Assembly (NCBI RefSeq): GCF_006345805.1
Contig: NC_043011.1
Coordinates: 14,148,464 to 14,212,463 of the forward strand
Reading direction: 5' to 3'
Source: Octopus sinensis
Lineage: Eukaryota
Length of the DNA stretch: 64,000 nucleotides
A program made the position numbers and the translations under genes. Position 1 is the first letter of the stretch; the number at the start of each line of letters is the position of its first letter. Below, piece by piece: positions 1-12,629 of this stretch. Under the pieces are notes generated by a model, which saw only the letters and a program-made list of their open reading frames with translations, was not told the origin of the DNA and made no database searches.

Positions 1-1173
1 CGTAGGAGTGGCTGTGTGGTAAGTAGCTTGCTAACCAACCACATGGTTCCGGGTTCAGTCCCACTGCGTGGCATCTTGGGCAGCGTCTTCTGCTATAGCC
101 CGGGCTGACCAAGCCTTGTGAGTGGATTTGGTAGACGGAAACTGAAAGAGCCTGTCGTATATATGTATATATATATGTGTGTGTCTGTGTTTGTCCCCCT
201 AGCATTGCTCGACAAACCGATGCTGGTGTTTTACGTCCCCGTCACTTAGCGGTTCAGCAAAAGAGACCGATAGAATAAGTACTGGGCTTACAAAGAATAA
301 GTCCCGGGTCGAGTTGCTTGATTAAAGGCGGTGCTCCAACATGGCTGCGGTCTGAAACAAGTAAAAGAGTAAAGAGTAACAGCAGGCGTAGGAGTGGCTG
401 TGTGGTAAGTAGCTTGCTAACCAACCACATGGTTCCGGGTTCAGTCCCACTGCGTGGCATCTTGGGCAAGCGTCTTCTGCTATAGCCCGGGCTGACCAAA
501 GCTTGTGAGTGGAATTTGGTAGACGGAAACTGAAAGAAGCCTGTCGTATATATGTATATATATATATGTGTGTGTCTGTGTTTGTCCCCCATAGCATTGC
601 TCGACAACCGATGCTGGTGTGTGTTTACGTCCCCGTTCACTTAGCGGTTCAGCAAAAGAGACGATAGAATAAGTACTGGGCTTACAAAGAATAAGTCCCG
701 GGTCGAGTTGCTTGATTAAAGGGCGTGCTCCCACATGGTGCGGTCTTGAATCCAACAAGTAAAAGAGTAAAGAGTAACAGCAGGCGTAGGAGTGGTGTGT
801 TGTATAGCTTCCTAACGAACCACATGGCTCCGGGTTCAGTCCCACAAACCTTGGGCAAGTGTCTTCTGCTATAGCCTCGGGCCAACCAAAGCCTTGTGAG
901 TGGATATGATAGATGGAAACTGAAAGAAGCCCGTTGTATATATGTATGTATGTATATATATGTTTGTGTGTCTGTGTTTGTTCCCCCCCCCCCCCAGCAT
1001 CACTTGACAACCAATGCTGGTGTGTTTAGGTCCCCGTAACTTAGCAGTTCTGCAAAAGAGACCGATAGAATAAATACTAGGCTTACAAAGAATAAGTCCT
1101 GGGGTCGATTTGCTCGACTAAAGGCGGTGCTTCAGCATGGCCACAGTCAAATGACTGAAACAAGTAAAAGAGT
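1..1173 (+). mobile_element. Three head-to-tail tRNA-derived SINE-A copies (1-380, 385-778, 783-1173)
   Basis: A box ggctgtgtggt, B box ggttcagtccc, CORE-like cttgggcaagtgtctt, internal (TA)/(TG)n, (GTAAAAGA)n tail. Identical junction linker. Confidence 0.92.
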
Positions 1174-1488
1174 AGATATGATGTCATCATTGAGATACTG
1201 ATTCCCAGCCAAATGCTCTTTCATATCAGAGGAACAGGTGATAATCAAATGAAGCTAAATCTGGAAAATAGTGAGGGTGATTAACCAGTTCAAAGTCCCA
1301 CTTACACACAGCAACCATTGAAACCAAACTCTTGTAAAATTATCATTATTAAGCCAGAGTTTGGGATATAGATTCATATGAAAATTTTTATTTAATTATT
1401 TAGAGTGCTCTCAAGCAGGCTAGTATCAGAAGAGTTACATAAATGGTTGATCATTATAATGAAGCTCTTGGATTAGATAGAAGCTTAA

Positions 1489-1705
1489 CCCATTCGTTAC
1501 CAACCCGGCTGAAACTGGCTCTGGCTCTCAGTACAAATGTCTTTTTGTAAGTTCTGAATCAAAATCTTCCACCAAACCTTAGTCACAATTTATGTTCCAA
1601 ACACTAGTTTAATGATAACTAAGTTATTTTACTAAATTCTTTGTTGTATTTAAAGTTATTGAAAGAAACACAGAACATCTCAAAATAAATACAGTAACGA
1701 AAGGG
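1489..1705 (+). mobile_element. piggyBac-type MITE F (TTAA TSD, CCC..GGG ends)
   Basis: TTAA 1485-1488 / 1706-1709, TIR ccc(a/t)ttcgttac. Confidence 0.92.
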
Positions 1706-2079
1706 TTAATCACTGTTAATCACTTGAGTGATCAAATTTCAATCCATCTTAAGAGTGATCTCAGTGTTCTGGTAAGCTGTACATAATAAAATAAGCAAAC
1801 TTGTAAATGAATTTAGTAGATGAAAACTGAGAGAATCCCATCATATATATGTATGAAGGAGCAAGAATTCCTGAAATATGCATATACATCCACCTCCTAT
1901 TTTTCCATCTTCAATTGCATTTATTATATTAGATGTATTTGGGTACAAAACATCATAACAAATCAGTGCTTGCTGGATATAATTTTTATTAAAAAATCTG
2001 TAGAAATAACCTTAAAAAATGATATGTATATATGTGTGTTTGTGTGTAGCCTTGTTTTGACTTTACATAGAGATTGTAA

Positions 2080-2297
2080 ATGAGCATCACCATGCCATCA
2101 TATAAGTGATAATGTTCATTTCTGGCCTTCCATGGAGAGACAAGTCTGGTCATGGAGAAATATTACCTTCTTGGGAACAGCTGGTGGCTGACAACAGGAA
2201 GGGCATCTGGCCATAAAAACCTACCTCAGCAAGTTTTGTTTAACCCATACAAACACAGAAAAGTGGACATTAAATAATGATGATGATGATGATGATG
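2080..2297 (+). mobile_element. Old family-E-related copy (similar remnants near 16095-16290, 22713-22781, 28130-28320, 40800-41060, 56852-56950, 61625-62060)
   Basis: ggaagggcatctggccataaaaac core plus (GAT)n tail. Confidence 0.7.
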
Positions 2298-2323
2298 ATT
2301 TCAATCAGCAATCATAACACACC

Positions 2324-2619
2324 TTTTTTTTTATGTTTCAGTCAGTTGACTGCAGCCATGCTGGAGCACTACCTTTAGTCGAAGAAATCAACCCCAGGAT
2401 TTATTCTTTGTAAGCCTAATACTTATTCTGTCAATGTCTTTTTGCTGAACTGTTAAGTTATGGGGCCATAAACACACCAACATTGGTTGTCAAGTGATAG
2501 TGGGGGAACAAACACAAAAACATACATACATATATATATATACATATATACCTATATATACATATATACACATATGCATATACACACATATATATATATA
2601 TACATATATATATACACAC

Positions 2620-2650
<31 letters not shown>

Positions 2651-3074
2651 ATATACACACACATATATATATATACACACACATATATATACACACACAT
2701 ATATATATACACACACACACATATATATATACAACACATATACACACACACACACATATACACACCACACACACACATATACACACACACACATATATAC
2801 ACACACACACACATATATATACACACATACACATATACACACACATATATACACACACACACACACATATATACACACACACACATATATACACACACAC
2901 ACATACACATATATATATATATGACAGGCTTCTTTCTTCTATTTACCAGATCACAAGGCTTTGGTCAGCCCAAGGCTATAGGAGAAGACACTTGCCTAAG
3001 GTGCTGTGCAGAGGGACTGAACCCAGAACCATGTAGTTGGGAAGCAAGCTTCTTACCAAAGAGCCACTCCAGCA
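2324..3074 (-). mobile_element. SINE-A with internal microsatellite expanded to ~400 bp (about 2520-2922)
   Basis: Both SINE halves are recognisable around the (CA/TA)n array. Confidence 0.9.
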
Positions 3075-3218
3075 TCTCTATAAGATAGAGACATTCTGCC
3101 AATGTACGAAACTGTTATTAGAATTACCATGCACTGAAAACCCTCAAAAAGCAAAAAAATTATATTTTTCTTCATCTTTTTCCTGTAGGGTGAACTAAAC
3201 ATAATATATATAAAGATA

Positions 3219-3618
3219 CTAGCAGTATCGCCCGGCGTTGCTCATGTTTGTAAGGGAAATAACTATATAAGCATTTTTAGAGAGTTATAGCCAAAAAATA
3301 GCAAAAAAATGCATTAAAAATGGGAAAAAAATTATGATAAATTTTTTTTTTAATTGTTGACTCATCGTAGACATTTTTAGAGAGTTACTTCCCTTATATA
3401 ATAGCGAAAAAATGCATTAAAATGGAAAAAAATGATAGTAAATTTTTTTAAAATCCTAGACTCATCGTAGACGCGTGCTAATACCCAGAAGGGCTCGATA
3501 TGAATCATGACTATAAGATACCCGGTTTTGGTTAAACTGCACCGCAAAATGTGGGAGTAGTTAGGAATCTAAATCGTAGGAGACAGACAGCACACAACCC
3601 CTCTTTTATATATAAAGA
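3219..3618 (-). mobile_element. Second non-autonomous Helitron family
   Basis: CTAG end with the shared cccggcgttgc motif, ..tatataaaGA|T other end, internal ~90-bp duplicated segment. Confidence 0.8.
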
Positions 3619-4340
3619 TATACACAAAAATATAAAACATTGAATTCAATATACTTCACTTCCAGCATCTTCCGTCAAGGCATTGTAGAGAATTATATAT
3701 CTAAACAAAAACTGAATTAAATTAAATTAAATTAAATTAAATTAAAAAAAACAAGTCAAAAAAATTGAAATCTTTCTTTTATTATAAATATTTTGAGAAT
3801 TATCAGCAACAGCAGCACCGTGTGACTGTTAGCTGTGTAATAGTCAATAGACTAAGTGCCTCAGTAAGGTAAGGCTAACTGAGTCCTGCTTTATATCTCA
3901 GCATATAGAAGTCTCTTTTGTACAGGATTGTGTTTCTGTATCAGTAAGTGTAAAATTTAAGGTGACTGTATAACAGTTAGTGTCACTGTTTGTGATTGAG
4001 TTGGGGGGGAGGGGCTGGGAAGTAGGTGGTCGTATGAATATATATGTTCCCATGCATATAAATTTAAAGGACATATTATTATTATTATTATTACTATTAT
4101 TATTATTATTACTATTATAGGTATCTGTATGGGTCTATGGTGTATTTTACAGATGTATTTTAAAAGGCAGTGTAAATGTGTGTGTAGATGTATGCATGTG
4201 TGAATGCGCGCATGTGTGTGTGTAATAATAAGTGAGTGTTTAATAACTATGAATATGTATAAGCGTGTGAGAGTGTGTGGAGGTAAAGGTATGGGGGGAG
4301 AAGGCCAACTGAGATCAGGCTCTAATTTCTTAATTCTTTA

Positions 4341-4373
4341 CCTTTGTCCAACCCGTGTGGTAAATTTTTCACC
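4341..4373 (-). other. Candidate 33-nt non-coding exon 2 of the same gene
   Basis: Strong acceptor tttatttttttctttaatcag at 4374, AAG|gtaaag donor at 4340, 100-nt intron to the exon above, no ATG. Confidence 0.45.
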
Positions 4374-4473
4374 TCTGATTAAAGAAAAAAATAAATAAAA
4401 CTGATTTAATTTTTGATGCAGGTTGTAATAATGACTTCATCTCATTTGATGCAGGTTGTAATAATGACCTCAC

Positions 4474-4600
4474 CTCGTTTTTATCTCCAACAAAAATAGC
4501 GTTGCACTTTGCTTAAAGTAAACTGGTCGTTCACTCGATTCGAAACCAATTTTTACAAGCAACAACAGGGAGAAATCTGTAACAATCTTTGTATATAATG
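4474..4600 (-). promoter_or_regulatory. Candidate promoter and first non-coding exon of a downstream minus-strand gene
   Basis: Locally CpG-containing unique sequence, GAG|gtgagg donor at 4473, TATA-like TTATATA at 4598-4592 and a (GA)n tract at about 4640-4665. No ATG in the exon. Confidence 0.4.
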
Positions 4601-4633
4601 AAAGTTAGTGAGTTAGAAAGAGAGGGGGAGGGA

Positions 4634-4665
<32 letters not shown>

Positions 4666-4719
4666 TAATAGCCAAACTATTTTCCATCACAAAACACCAA
4701 CAAATACACAATATGATAT

Positions 4720-4971
4720 CATATATATATAGTTATATATATGCATATATATATATATGTGTGTGTATATAGTTATATATATACACATATATATATATGT
4801 GTATATAGTTATATATATACACATATATATATATGTGTATATAGTTATATATATACACATATATATATATATGTATATAGTTATATATATACATATATAT
4901 ATATATGTATATATATATACATATATACATATATATATATACATACATACATATATATATATATACATACA

Positions 4972-5005
<34 letters not shown>

Positions 5006-5146
5006 ATATATATACATACATACATATATACATATATATATACATATACATATATACATATATACATATATATATACATATATATATACATATACATATA
5101 TACATATATATATACATATATACATATATACACATACATATATACA

Positions 5147-5177
<31 letters not shown>

Positions 5178-5194
5178 ATACATACATATATACA

Positions 5195-5246
<52 letters not shown>

Positions 5247-5663
5247 CATATATATATATACATATAATATACATACATATATATACATTATATATATATA
5301 TACATACATATACATACATATATATATACATACATATACATACATATATATATATACATAATATACATATAATATATACATAAATATATACATATATATT
5401 ATATATATACATACATATACATATATATATATACATAAATATATACTATATACATAAATATATACATATATATATACAATACATATATATATATATATAT
5501 ATAATATATATACATAATATATATAACATACATATATATAATATATATATACATACATATATATCTATACATATATATACAGACATATATATATATACAT
5601 ATATATACATACATATATATATATATACATATATATACATACATATCTATATATACATATATA

Positions 5664-5699
<36 letters not shown>

Positions 5700-5940
5700 A
5701 TATATACATTATATATATACATACATACATATATTATATATATATATATATATATCTATATATATATACATACAATATATATATACATATATATATATAC
5801 ATATATATATATACATATATATATATATACATATATATATATACATATATATATATACATATATATATATATACATATATATAATACATATATTATATAC
5901 ATATATATATATACATATACATAATATATATACATACATA

Positions 5941-5976
<36 letters not shown>

Positions 5977-6048
5977 CATATACATATATACATATACATA
6001 TATACATATATACATATATACATATACACATACATATATACACATACA

Positions 6049-6082
<34 letters not shown>

Positions 6083-6235
6083 CATATATATACATACATA
6101 TATATATATATTACATATATATATATATATATATACATATAGATATATATACATATATATACATACATATATATTACATATACATATATATATATATATA
6201 CATACCTATATATATATATATATACATATATATAC

Positions 6236-6268
<33 letters not shown>

Positions 6269-6336
6269 CATACCTATATATATATATATATATACATATA
6301 ATATATATATATACACATACATATATATACACATGC

Positions 6337-6404
<68 letters not shown>

Positions 6405-6521
6405 ATATTATACATATATATATATATTATACATATACATATATATACACATGCATATATATACATACATATATATATATACATACATATATATACACAT
6501 GCATATATATACATACATATA

Positions 6522-6559
<38 letters not shown>

Positions 6560-6625
6560 CACATATATATACATATATATATATATACATACATATATAT
6601 ACACATATATATACTATATATACAT

Positions 6626-6663
<38 letters not shown>

Positions 6664-6700
6664 CATACATGTATATGTATATAGTTATATATATATATAA
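4720..6700. repeat. ~2-kb compound (TA)n/(TACA)n microsatellite
   Basis: Almost pure alternating purine-pyrimidine sequence. Confidence 0.97.
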
Positions 6701-7944
6701 CAGAAAAATACAAGAAGGAGCAGGGGGTTTTTGTTTGTTTTTTTTGTTTGTTTGTTTTTTGTTGTTTTTTTTTAAAGTTTTTTTTTTTAAGTACAGTGAA
6801 ACTGACTTCCCCTCTCATGGAGAGAAGTGTCAGATATAAGCGGAAATAAAGCTAAAACAATGTACATACAGTGTCGATTTCCAAATCTGAAAGAACAAAG
6901 TAAAATATATTGTTTCCAAGGTGATTCTGATAGAGAGGAATTCGGTAGTGTCTCTACTTTATTAAAAGGATTATGGGTTTTGGGGAATGGCCAGGAATAC
7001 AGATGTCACAATGGTTAAGGGTGGAAGATGGATTGACAAACAAAAAAAAAAAAAAAAAAAAAGAAAATGAACAATGCAACATTAAGGTTTAATACCATTC
7101 ACAATGTCATTTCGGGTAAATCCATGTTTAAGAAACCTCACAGACTATTCAGGAGTATATGTTTAAAATGTTCTTTTGTATTAAACAGATTATTGAATTA
7201 AATTCAATGAATCTGCAAAGAAATTCTCTTTGTAATAGTGCTAGCCTAATTGTGCATAAATTAGAGAAGAGAAAGAGAGAATTTCTCTGTATTTATTTGA
7301 TATTATATGATGTGGCAGAAAAGCATAACAACTGTTAAAAGTTGGAAAAAGAGAATAAGCTCTCTAAATTTTTTAAGTCTCTATATCCTATTTATCGTGG
7401 ATGTATTGTAAGAACGTTGTAATACTGTGGTATCTGTCCAGAGAAAGCATCTCACGGACATTTAATGCTTAGAAAAGAGGAGAAATAACAGCAGCGGACA
7501 AGAAATAGAATTATTTTTCGTATCGGCAATAAATAGCAAAAACAATATTAGTCCAAATCAAGAAGATCAAACCAGTCTAACAATGGGATTGACAAACACT
7601 ATTTCTTAGTGTCAACTTAATATCACTCCCTACAGAAAAGAAAAGGGGTTGAAAACCAGCAACCCCTTCAGTTTGTTCTTATACAAACTATTCAACAGAA
7701 TGAGTGAATCTCTTGTTTTTGTGTCTGTCATTTCCTGTATAAGGAACTACTGGAAACTGGAGGACTTCCTTGATGGTAATTCTAAAATATTTTGGTAAAA
7801 CAGATACAATACAAGATGCTATACCGAATTATAGCATTATAACAACTCAAACATAGCAAAGTTTGAAGTTCTAATCTCGCAAACACAATATCATAAGACT
7901 TTAACTACCCAACTACAATGCATTCATCAAAGGTGCCACTACAT

Positions 7945-8145
7945 GGTTGCTTGACCTGCTAGAAATAGCAGCCAAATTCCCTTAAATCCCACACCATCAA
8001 GCTGACAGCTATGACTACACCGAATGATGCAGCATTGGATGGATGGATGGATGTACAATGCTTGAATAAAAGGAATGGTCATGGCTGAAACACTTTCGAT
8101 CATAAGTCTACTTAATCAGGGCTGACCTAGGGCTAAACAACAAAG
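7945..8145 (+). mobile_element. Old repeat family M (also about 23860-23965, 32575-32980, 56670-56975, 63560-63640)
   Basis: Shared ctagaaatagcagccaaat..atggtcatggct..tttgatcat..ctgggactaaacaacaa. Confidence 0.6.
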
Positions 8146-9141
8146 ACTATTTATATGATAACGTGTGAAATAAAAGTGCTATGTCAATATCTAACAACAT
8201 GGAAGACTTTTAAAATATATCTTTGCATGCAGTCCTTGAGTCACATACTTCCACAAAACTGACTTCAGCAAAAGGATTTCAGGGGATTTATGAATAACAT
8301 CAGGGAAACCAAGAGAAGACCAGGAAAACCAAAAGGATCAGAAAACATTTTTTGCTACAGGGAAATCTATCAAAAGTTACTCAGACTTTGGACAGATCAA
8401 AGTCATGTAATTTTTCTAGCAATATATTTTTACAAAATTTGTACAGTTATACAAGATTAACTGTGAATGAACAATATGCATCTTAATTGGCCATAAACTT
8501 AGCTGGCAATATATTTTCAAAGTTTCTAGCTAGTGTTCTCTTAGATTTGAATCCCAAAAGAGAGGAATTAAAGTAAGCATTAAAGAAACTTTACTCCCTT
8601 TTGAAACCAAGCCACCCAAGACTGCCCTTGGTTCTTTGATACAAACTCCCAGCTTCAAAATGATCTCAACTGAAAACATCAATCAAAATCAAATTTTAAT
8701 TTGCAACTTAAAAATGACTAAGCTATTTTACTAAATTCTTTATGTTCAAAATTACTTGAAATGAAGGCAGTGTTTCAATAGAAATTTGATAACAAAAGGG
8801 TTAAAGATGAAAACCTTGTGATATTTTCATAAATAGAAAAGTTAAATCTAAGATTTATAGAATCTGGAAGATTAGAAGCATGGTTAATTTTTAAACATAG
8901 CAACTTTTACTAAATAAACTACTGGTTTATTCCAGTCTAGAGTATGTAAAAGTGTTTCTTTTAAAAGAGAGAAATGGGATAGTGAGTTTCTGAGATGCGT
9001 CCCTCATTCATTGGGAAGAAACATGAAGCTGAAGAACATAAAATGGTAAGATCATACATATACTTGTATACACACACACATAGCATAGGAAATCCCCGAA
9101 CCTGCAGTATGGAATTATTGGTTACACACATGTACATGCAT

Positions 9142-9180
<39 letters not shown>

Positions 9181-9625
9181 ACACAATGGGAAATGAAGAT
9201 ATGCAGATATGTTTTTATTTTTTGTTTGCATTTTTGTTTTATTTTTTTAGGGGTTTTTTTTTTTTTTTTGCGAGGGAGGGATAGCAAATGCCTAGTTAAA
9301 ATACTCTTGAAGAACACTTCAATATTCATTGGTTCCAAGCGTCCAGATATCCAGCAATAACAGTTTTACATAAAGAATGTTTGAAGTTTAAACAAGAAAT
9401 TCTACTCTAGCTTTAACACAAACACCAAAAACAATAGCTAAATGTCTTAATCTGCAGAAACAAAACATAACAATCACTGAACAGTTCTATTGTTATTCTC
9501 GCATTTTAGTTTTGAAATCTCTTTTAATAATAAAAGTTTTTTTATATAAAAATGTTGCACTTTTCACTTCCTGTCAACAGGTTTATAAAATATTGAACTT
9601 ATTTTCCATGTTGATTTCTTTTTTT

Positions 9626-10041
9626 GGATGTTTTCGGTTCGAACGGCAGTTTTTAACATAATTTCTAGGTAACTAAAAAATTTTAAACTTCGTATACTGG
9701 TAGAATTTGTTTATAAAACATCTTTTTCTCTTGGCTTTATTGAGAAAATTTATAGTTTGTAAGATATTTGTTGTTTTTTTTTCTTCAATTTCTGCAATTT
9801 CAACCAATCACTGACGTCTATTGAGGTAAAAAAAACATTCTGTGCCATATGAATATGTCCCTTGTTTAAGAAACAGATTGGGTTTATTTACATTTCTGAA
9901 GAAAAAAGATACCCTTCCTCCACCCCTAACCCTAACCCTAAAGAGATTGAAATGCAATAGATTGATACTAGGGTCATAATTATGGGTGACAATTTCATAT
10001 GACACCACTAGAAAAAACTGCCGTTCAAACCGAAAAGATCC
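9626..10041 (+). mobile_element. MITE H: ~29-bp TIR GGATCTTTTCGGTTTGAACGGCAGTTTTT, 8-bp TSD, internal (CCCTAA)n
   Basis: TSD cttttttt (9618-9625 / 10042-10049). Confidence 0.92.
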
Positions 10042-10589
10042 CTTTTTTTTAAATTTCTATTATATCATATGAATTTTAAGCAAGGATGTCACTCATTTTA
10101 GAGAATAAGTATCTTAAGATTTTTTATTTTTTATTTTTGTTCTTTTCTTAATGTGTGAGGTGAAAGAAGAAAAAAAAACAATAGCAGGGTTTCTGAAAGA
10201 ATGTTCCAACTCTTTGTTTTCACAAAACAGCTTTAAAATATTTACTTGATAATGAGAGATGAGATTTAATAAAACTAGCAAGAGGTGGAATTCAAAAAAT
10301 AGTTTAGTGAGCAACATCTATGAGAATTAACAAAGTATTAAACTCTTTTGCTTGGAAGAATGCTAATGCAACTAATCTGGTTTGTATCTTACTTTTCTGG
10401 AGTTCTAAAACCATTATCAACAGAAAACCACTTTTGAAGATGACTAAATCAGCAGCAATTTAATCAAAAACACGCATACACCAATATTTCAAAATGGTAA
10501 GAATTTGAAATTGCTAGATTACTATATTAGAAACACATTTTATATGTATGGATGGTTTAATTAATAATTGTAGGTGTATATGTGCACAT

Positions 10590-10803
10590 ATATTTCTTTA
10601 CTACCCACAAGGGGACAAACAAGGACAGACAAAGGGGTTAAGTCGATTACATCGACCCCAGTGCATAACAGGTACTTCATTTATCGACCCCGAAAGGATG
10701 AAAGGCAAAGTCGACCTCGGCGGAATTTGAACTCAGAACGTAACGACACGAAATACCGCAAAGCATTTCGCCCAGCGTGCTAACGATTCTGCCAGCTCGC
10801 CGC
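10590..10803 (-). mobile_element. tRNA-derived SINE-B (Meta-type central domain)
   Basis: Head ggcgagctggcagaa..gttcaaattcc, core tttcatcctttcggggtcgataaa..gtacc. 12-bp TSD atatgtgcacat (10578-10589 / 10804-10815). Confidence 0.92.
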
Positions 10804-10984
10804 ATATGTGCACATGAATGTGGCCATAAAAGCCAAATATTGTTTTCAAAATTACACTATTAACTTGTATGCAGATTGCAGTGCCGAATAATCCAATAAG
10901 GTAAGTACAACTGCATGCATACATAACAAATACTCTACTGGTTCCAACAATGAGTATTCTAGTCATTCAATCAACTGAACTACC

Positions 10985-11280
10985 AGTTCAATGAACTTAC
11001 ACTCGCCTCCTTATGAGAGCTCAAAATCTCTCGTGGAAGCGTCATCCAACCAAAGTACAAATATATGGGAAACTACCACCTGTATCATCTCTTGTGAAAG
11101 GTAGGAGAGTCCAGTTTGCTGGACATTGTTGTAGAGCTGAAAACGAGGCAATTTCTACTCTTCTCCTCTGGAAGCCATCTACTCGCAACACCATGTAATT
11201 TCCAGGGATACAGGCATCCAGCAACAGGACCTCCATAATTCCATTGTCTCGACCACGGTCAAACAATGATGATGGTGATC
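10985..11280 (+). mobile_element. RTE/RTEX-like LINE 3' fragment with (GAT)n tail
   Basis: RRVQFAGHCCRAENEAISTLLLWKP..SRDTGIQQQDL. Two internal deletions relative to the 23.4 kb copy. Confidence 0.85.
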
Positions 11281-12529
11281 AATGTACTATTGTAATTCAG
11301 ATTCCACAGAAACTAATATCCTTAACATAATCTTCAGGCAGAATCATTATGACAATATGGATTAAGGATGGCACTTTCAATTACATATACAGTATAAACC
11401 ATCTGAAGGGACTTCCATAGTTTCCATTCACTAAATTTCATTCACAAAGGTTTAGGTTGATCCTAGGCTCACACAAGATGTCATACAGTAGGATCAAATC
11501 TGAGACCACATTACTGCAAAGTAAAATTTTTTTAACTAACTGACCATACCTCTATCTACACACATACATGCATTCACTTGCGCATGCGCACACACACACA
11601 CAATTTCAAAACCTACATATCTGTCTGAAAAATTCATTTTACATTTCTAATAACAGTTAGTGCACTTAGTTATGTTGGTAAATGCCAAAATGCTCAAAAA
11701 AGTTGAGATTTCCAGGCAATGGAAGTGACCAGCTAACAAACACTTTACAAATACAATCTGTAGGCATTTCAGTAAAAATAAGCAAAACTTTTCTTAAGTT
11801 CAACAAGTAGCTCATAACAATTACTGCTATCTAAATTCCCATGATAGATCTTTGATTCTGTTTGAAACCAGATCCTTCATTATAGAAAGAATTCAAGTAG
11901 TTAACGAAGAAGGATAACATGTATACATAAGTACATACATACATCTAGCCATTTTGAAAGTCTACTAGCATAAACATTAAACATAAGAACATGGGGACTG
12001 TTCTCTGCGATACATGTACTACATCTTCAACTGTAAAGAACAGTACAATAATTCCAGAGGAAAAGGGAAAAAAACTGTGACCACTAACTTTTGCTCTCTA
12101 AGTTGATAGCACAAACAGAAATAACAATGCTTGTAACTTCTAAAAAGTTTTTGGTTATCAAGTAATATTTTCCTTTCCTTGTAATATCTTCTTTTGTGAG
12201 ACCCTTCTACTACATACACTGTAGCTTTATAGTCTAAATTGAATTACTTTTTTGCTCTTTAACACTAAAGCCACGCAATTGTATAGCTGACTTAATTTGT
12301 AGCATACGAAACAACAGACCGGGGGGACATGTGTACATATGCACAAATATACATGCTGTTTCACAGGGGTGGGGGGTATATAACACCTTTCGTGTGGAGG
12401 TTTTAAAATCAAGTAATTGCAGTTCCATACAAACTGAGAATATATAAACAGACAGAATCCTAAAAGAAAAAAGATTTTGTCATAAAGGCTCTTACCTCAC
12501 TCTGCATGTATGCTTATGTGTGTGAGTGT

Positions 12530-12579
12530 GTATATATACTATATATATCAATATAAGTTGTGTAGTATATACAGGTACA

Positions 12580-12629
<50 letters not shown>

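Noticed and set aside
254-1010. Recurrent ORFs such as ARGYSRRHLPK..GTEPGTMWLVSKLLTTQP (many loci)
   Set aside because: They are antisense readings of SINE-A; recurrence reflects repeat copies.
3926-3943. 18-nt plus-strand microexon-like segment (ttttgtacag|..|gtaagt)
   Set aside because: No other plus-strand exons support a gene; such motifs arise by chance.
2458-6839. Long ORFs rich in Y/I/H/T or V/C/M/Y (also at 12.5, 13.8-14.6, 15.1-15.6 kb)
   Set aside because: They are translations of stop-free (TA)/(CA) microsatellites, not genes.
7690-7790. Possible terminal exon on minus strand (ttttag|..ITIKEVLQFPVVPYTGNDRHKNKRFTHSVE*)
   Set aside because: Weak acceptor, no partner exons, and PCGF3 already terminates at 15617.
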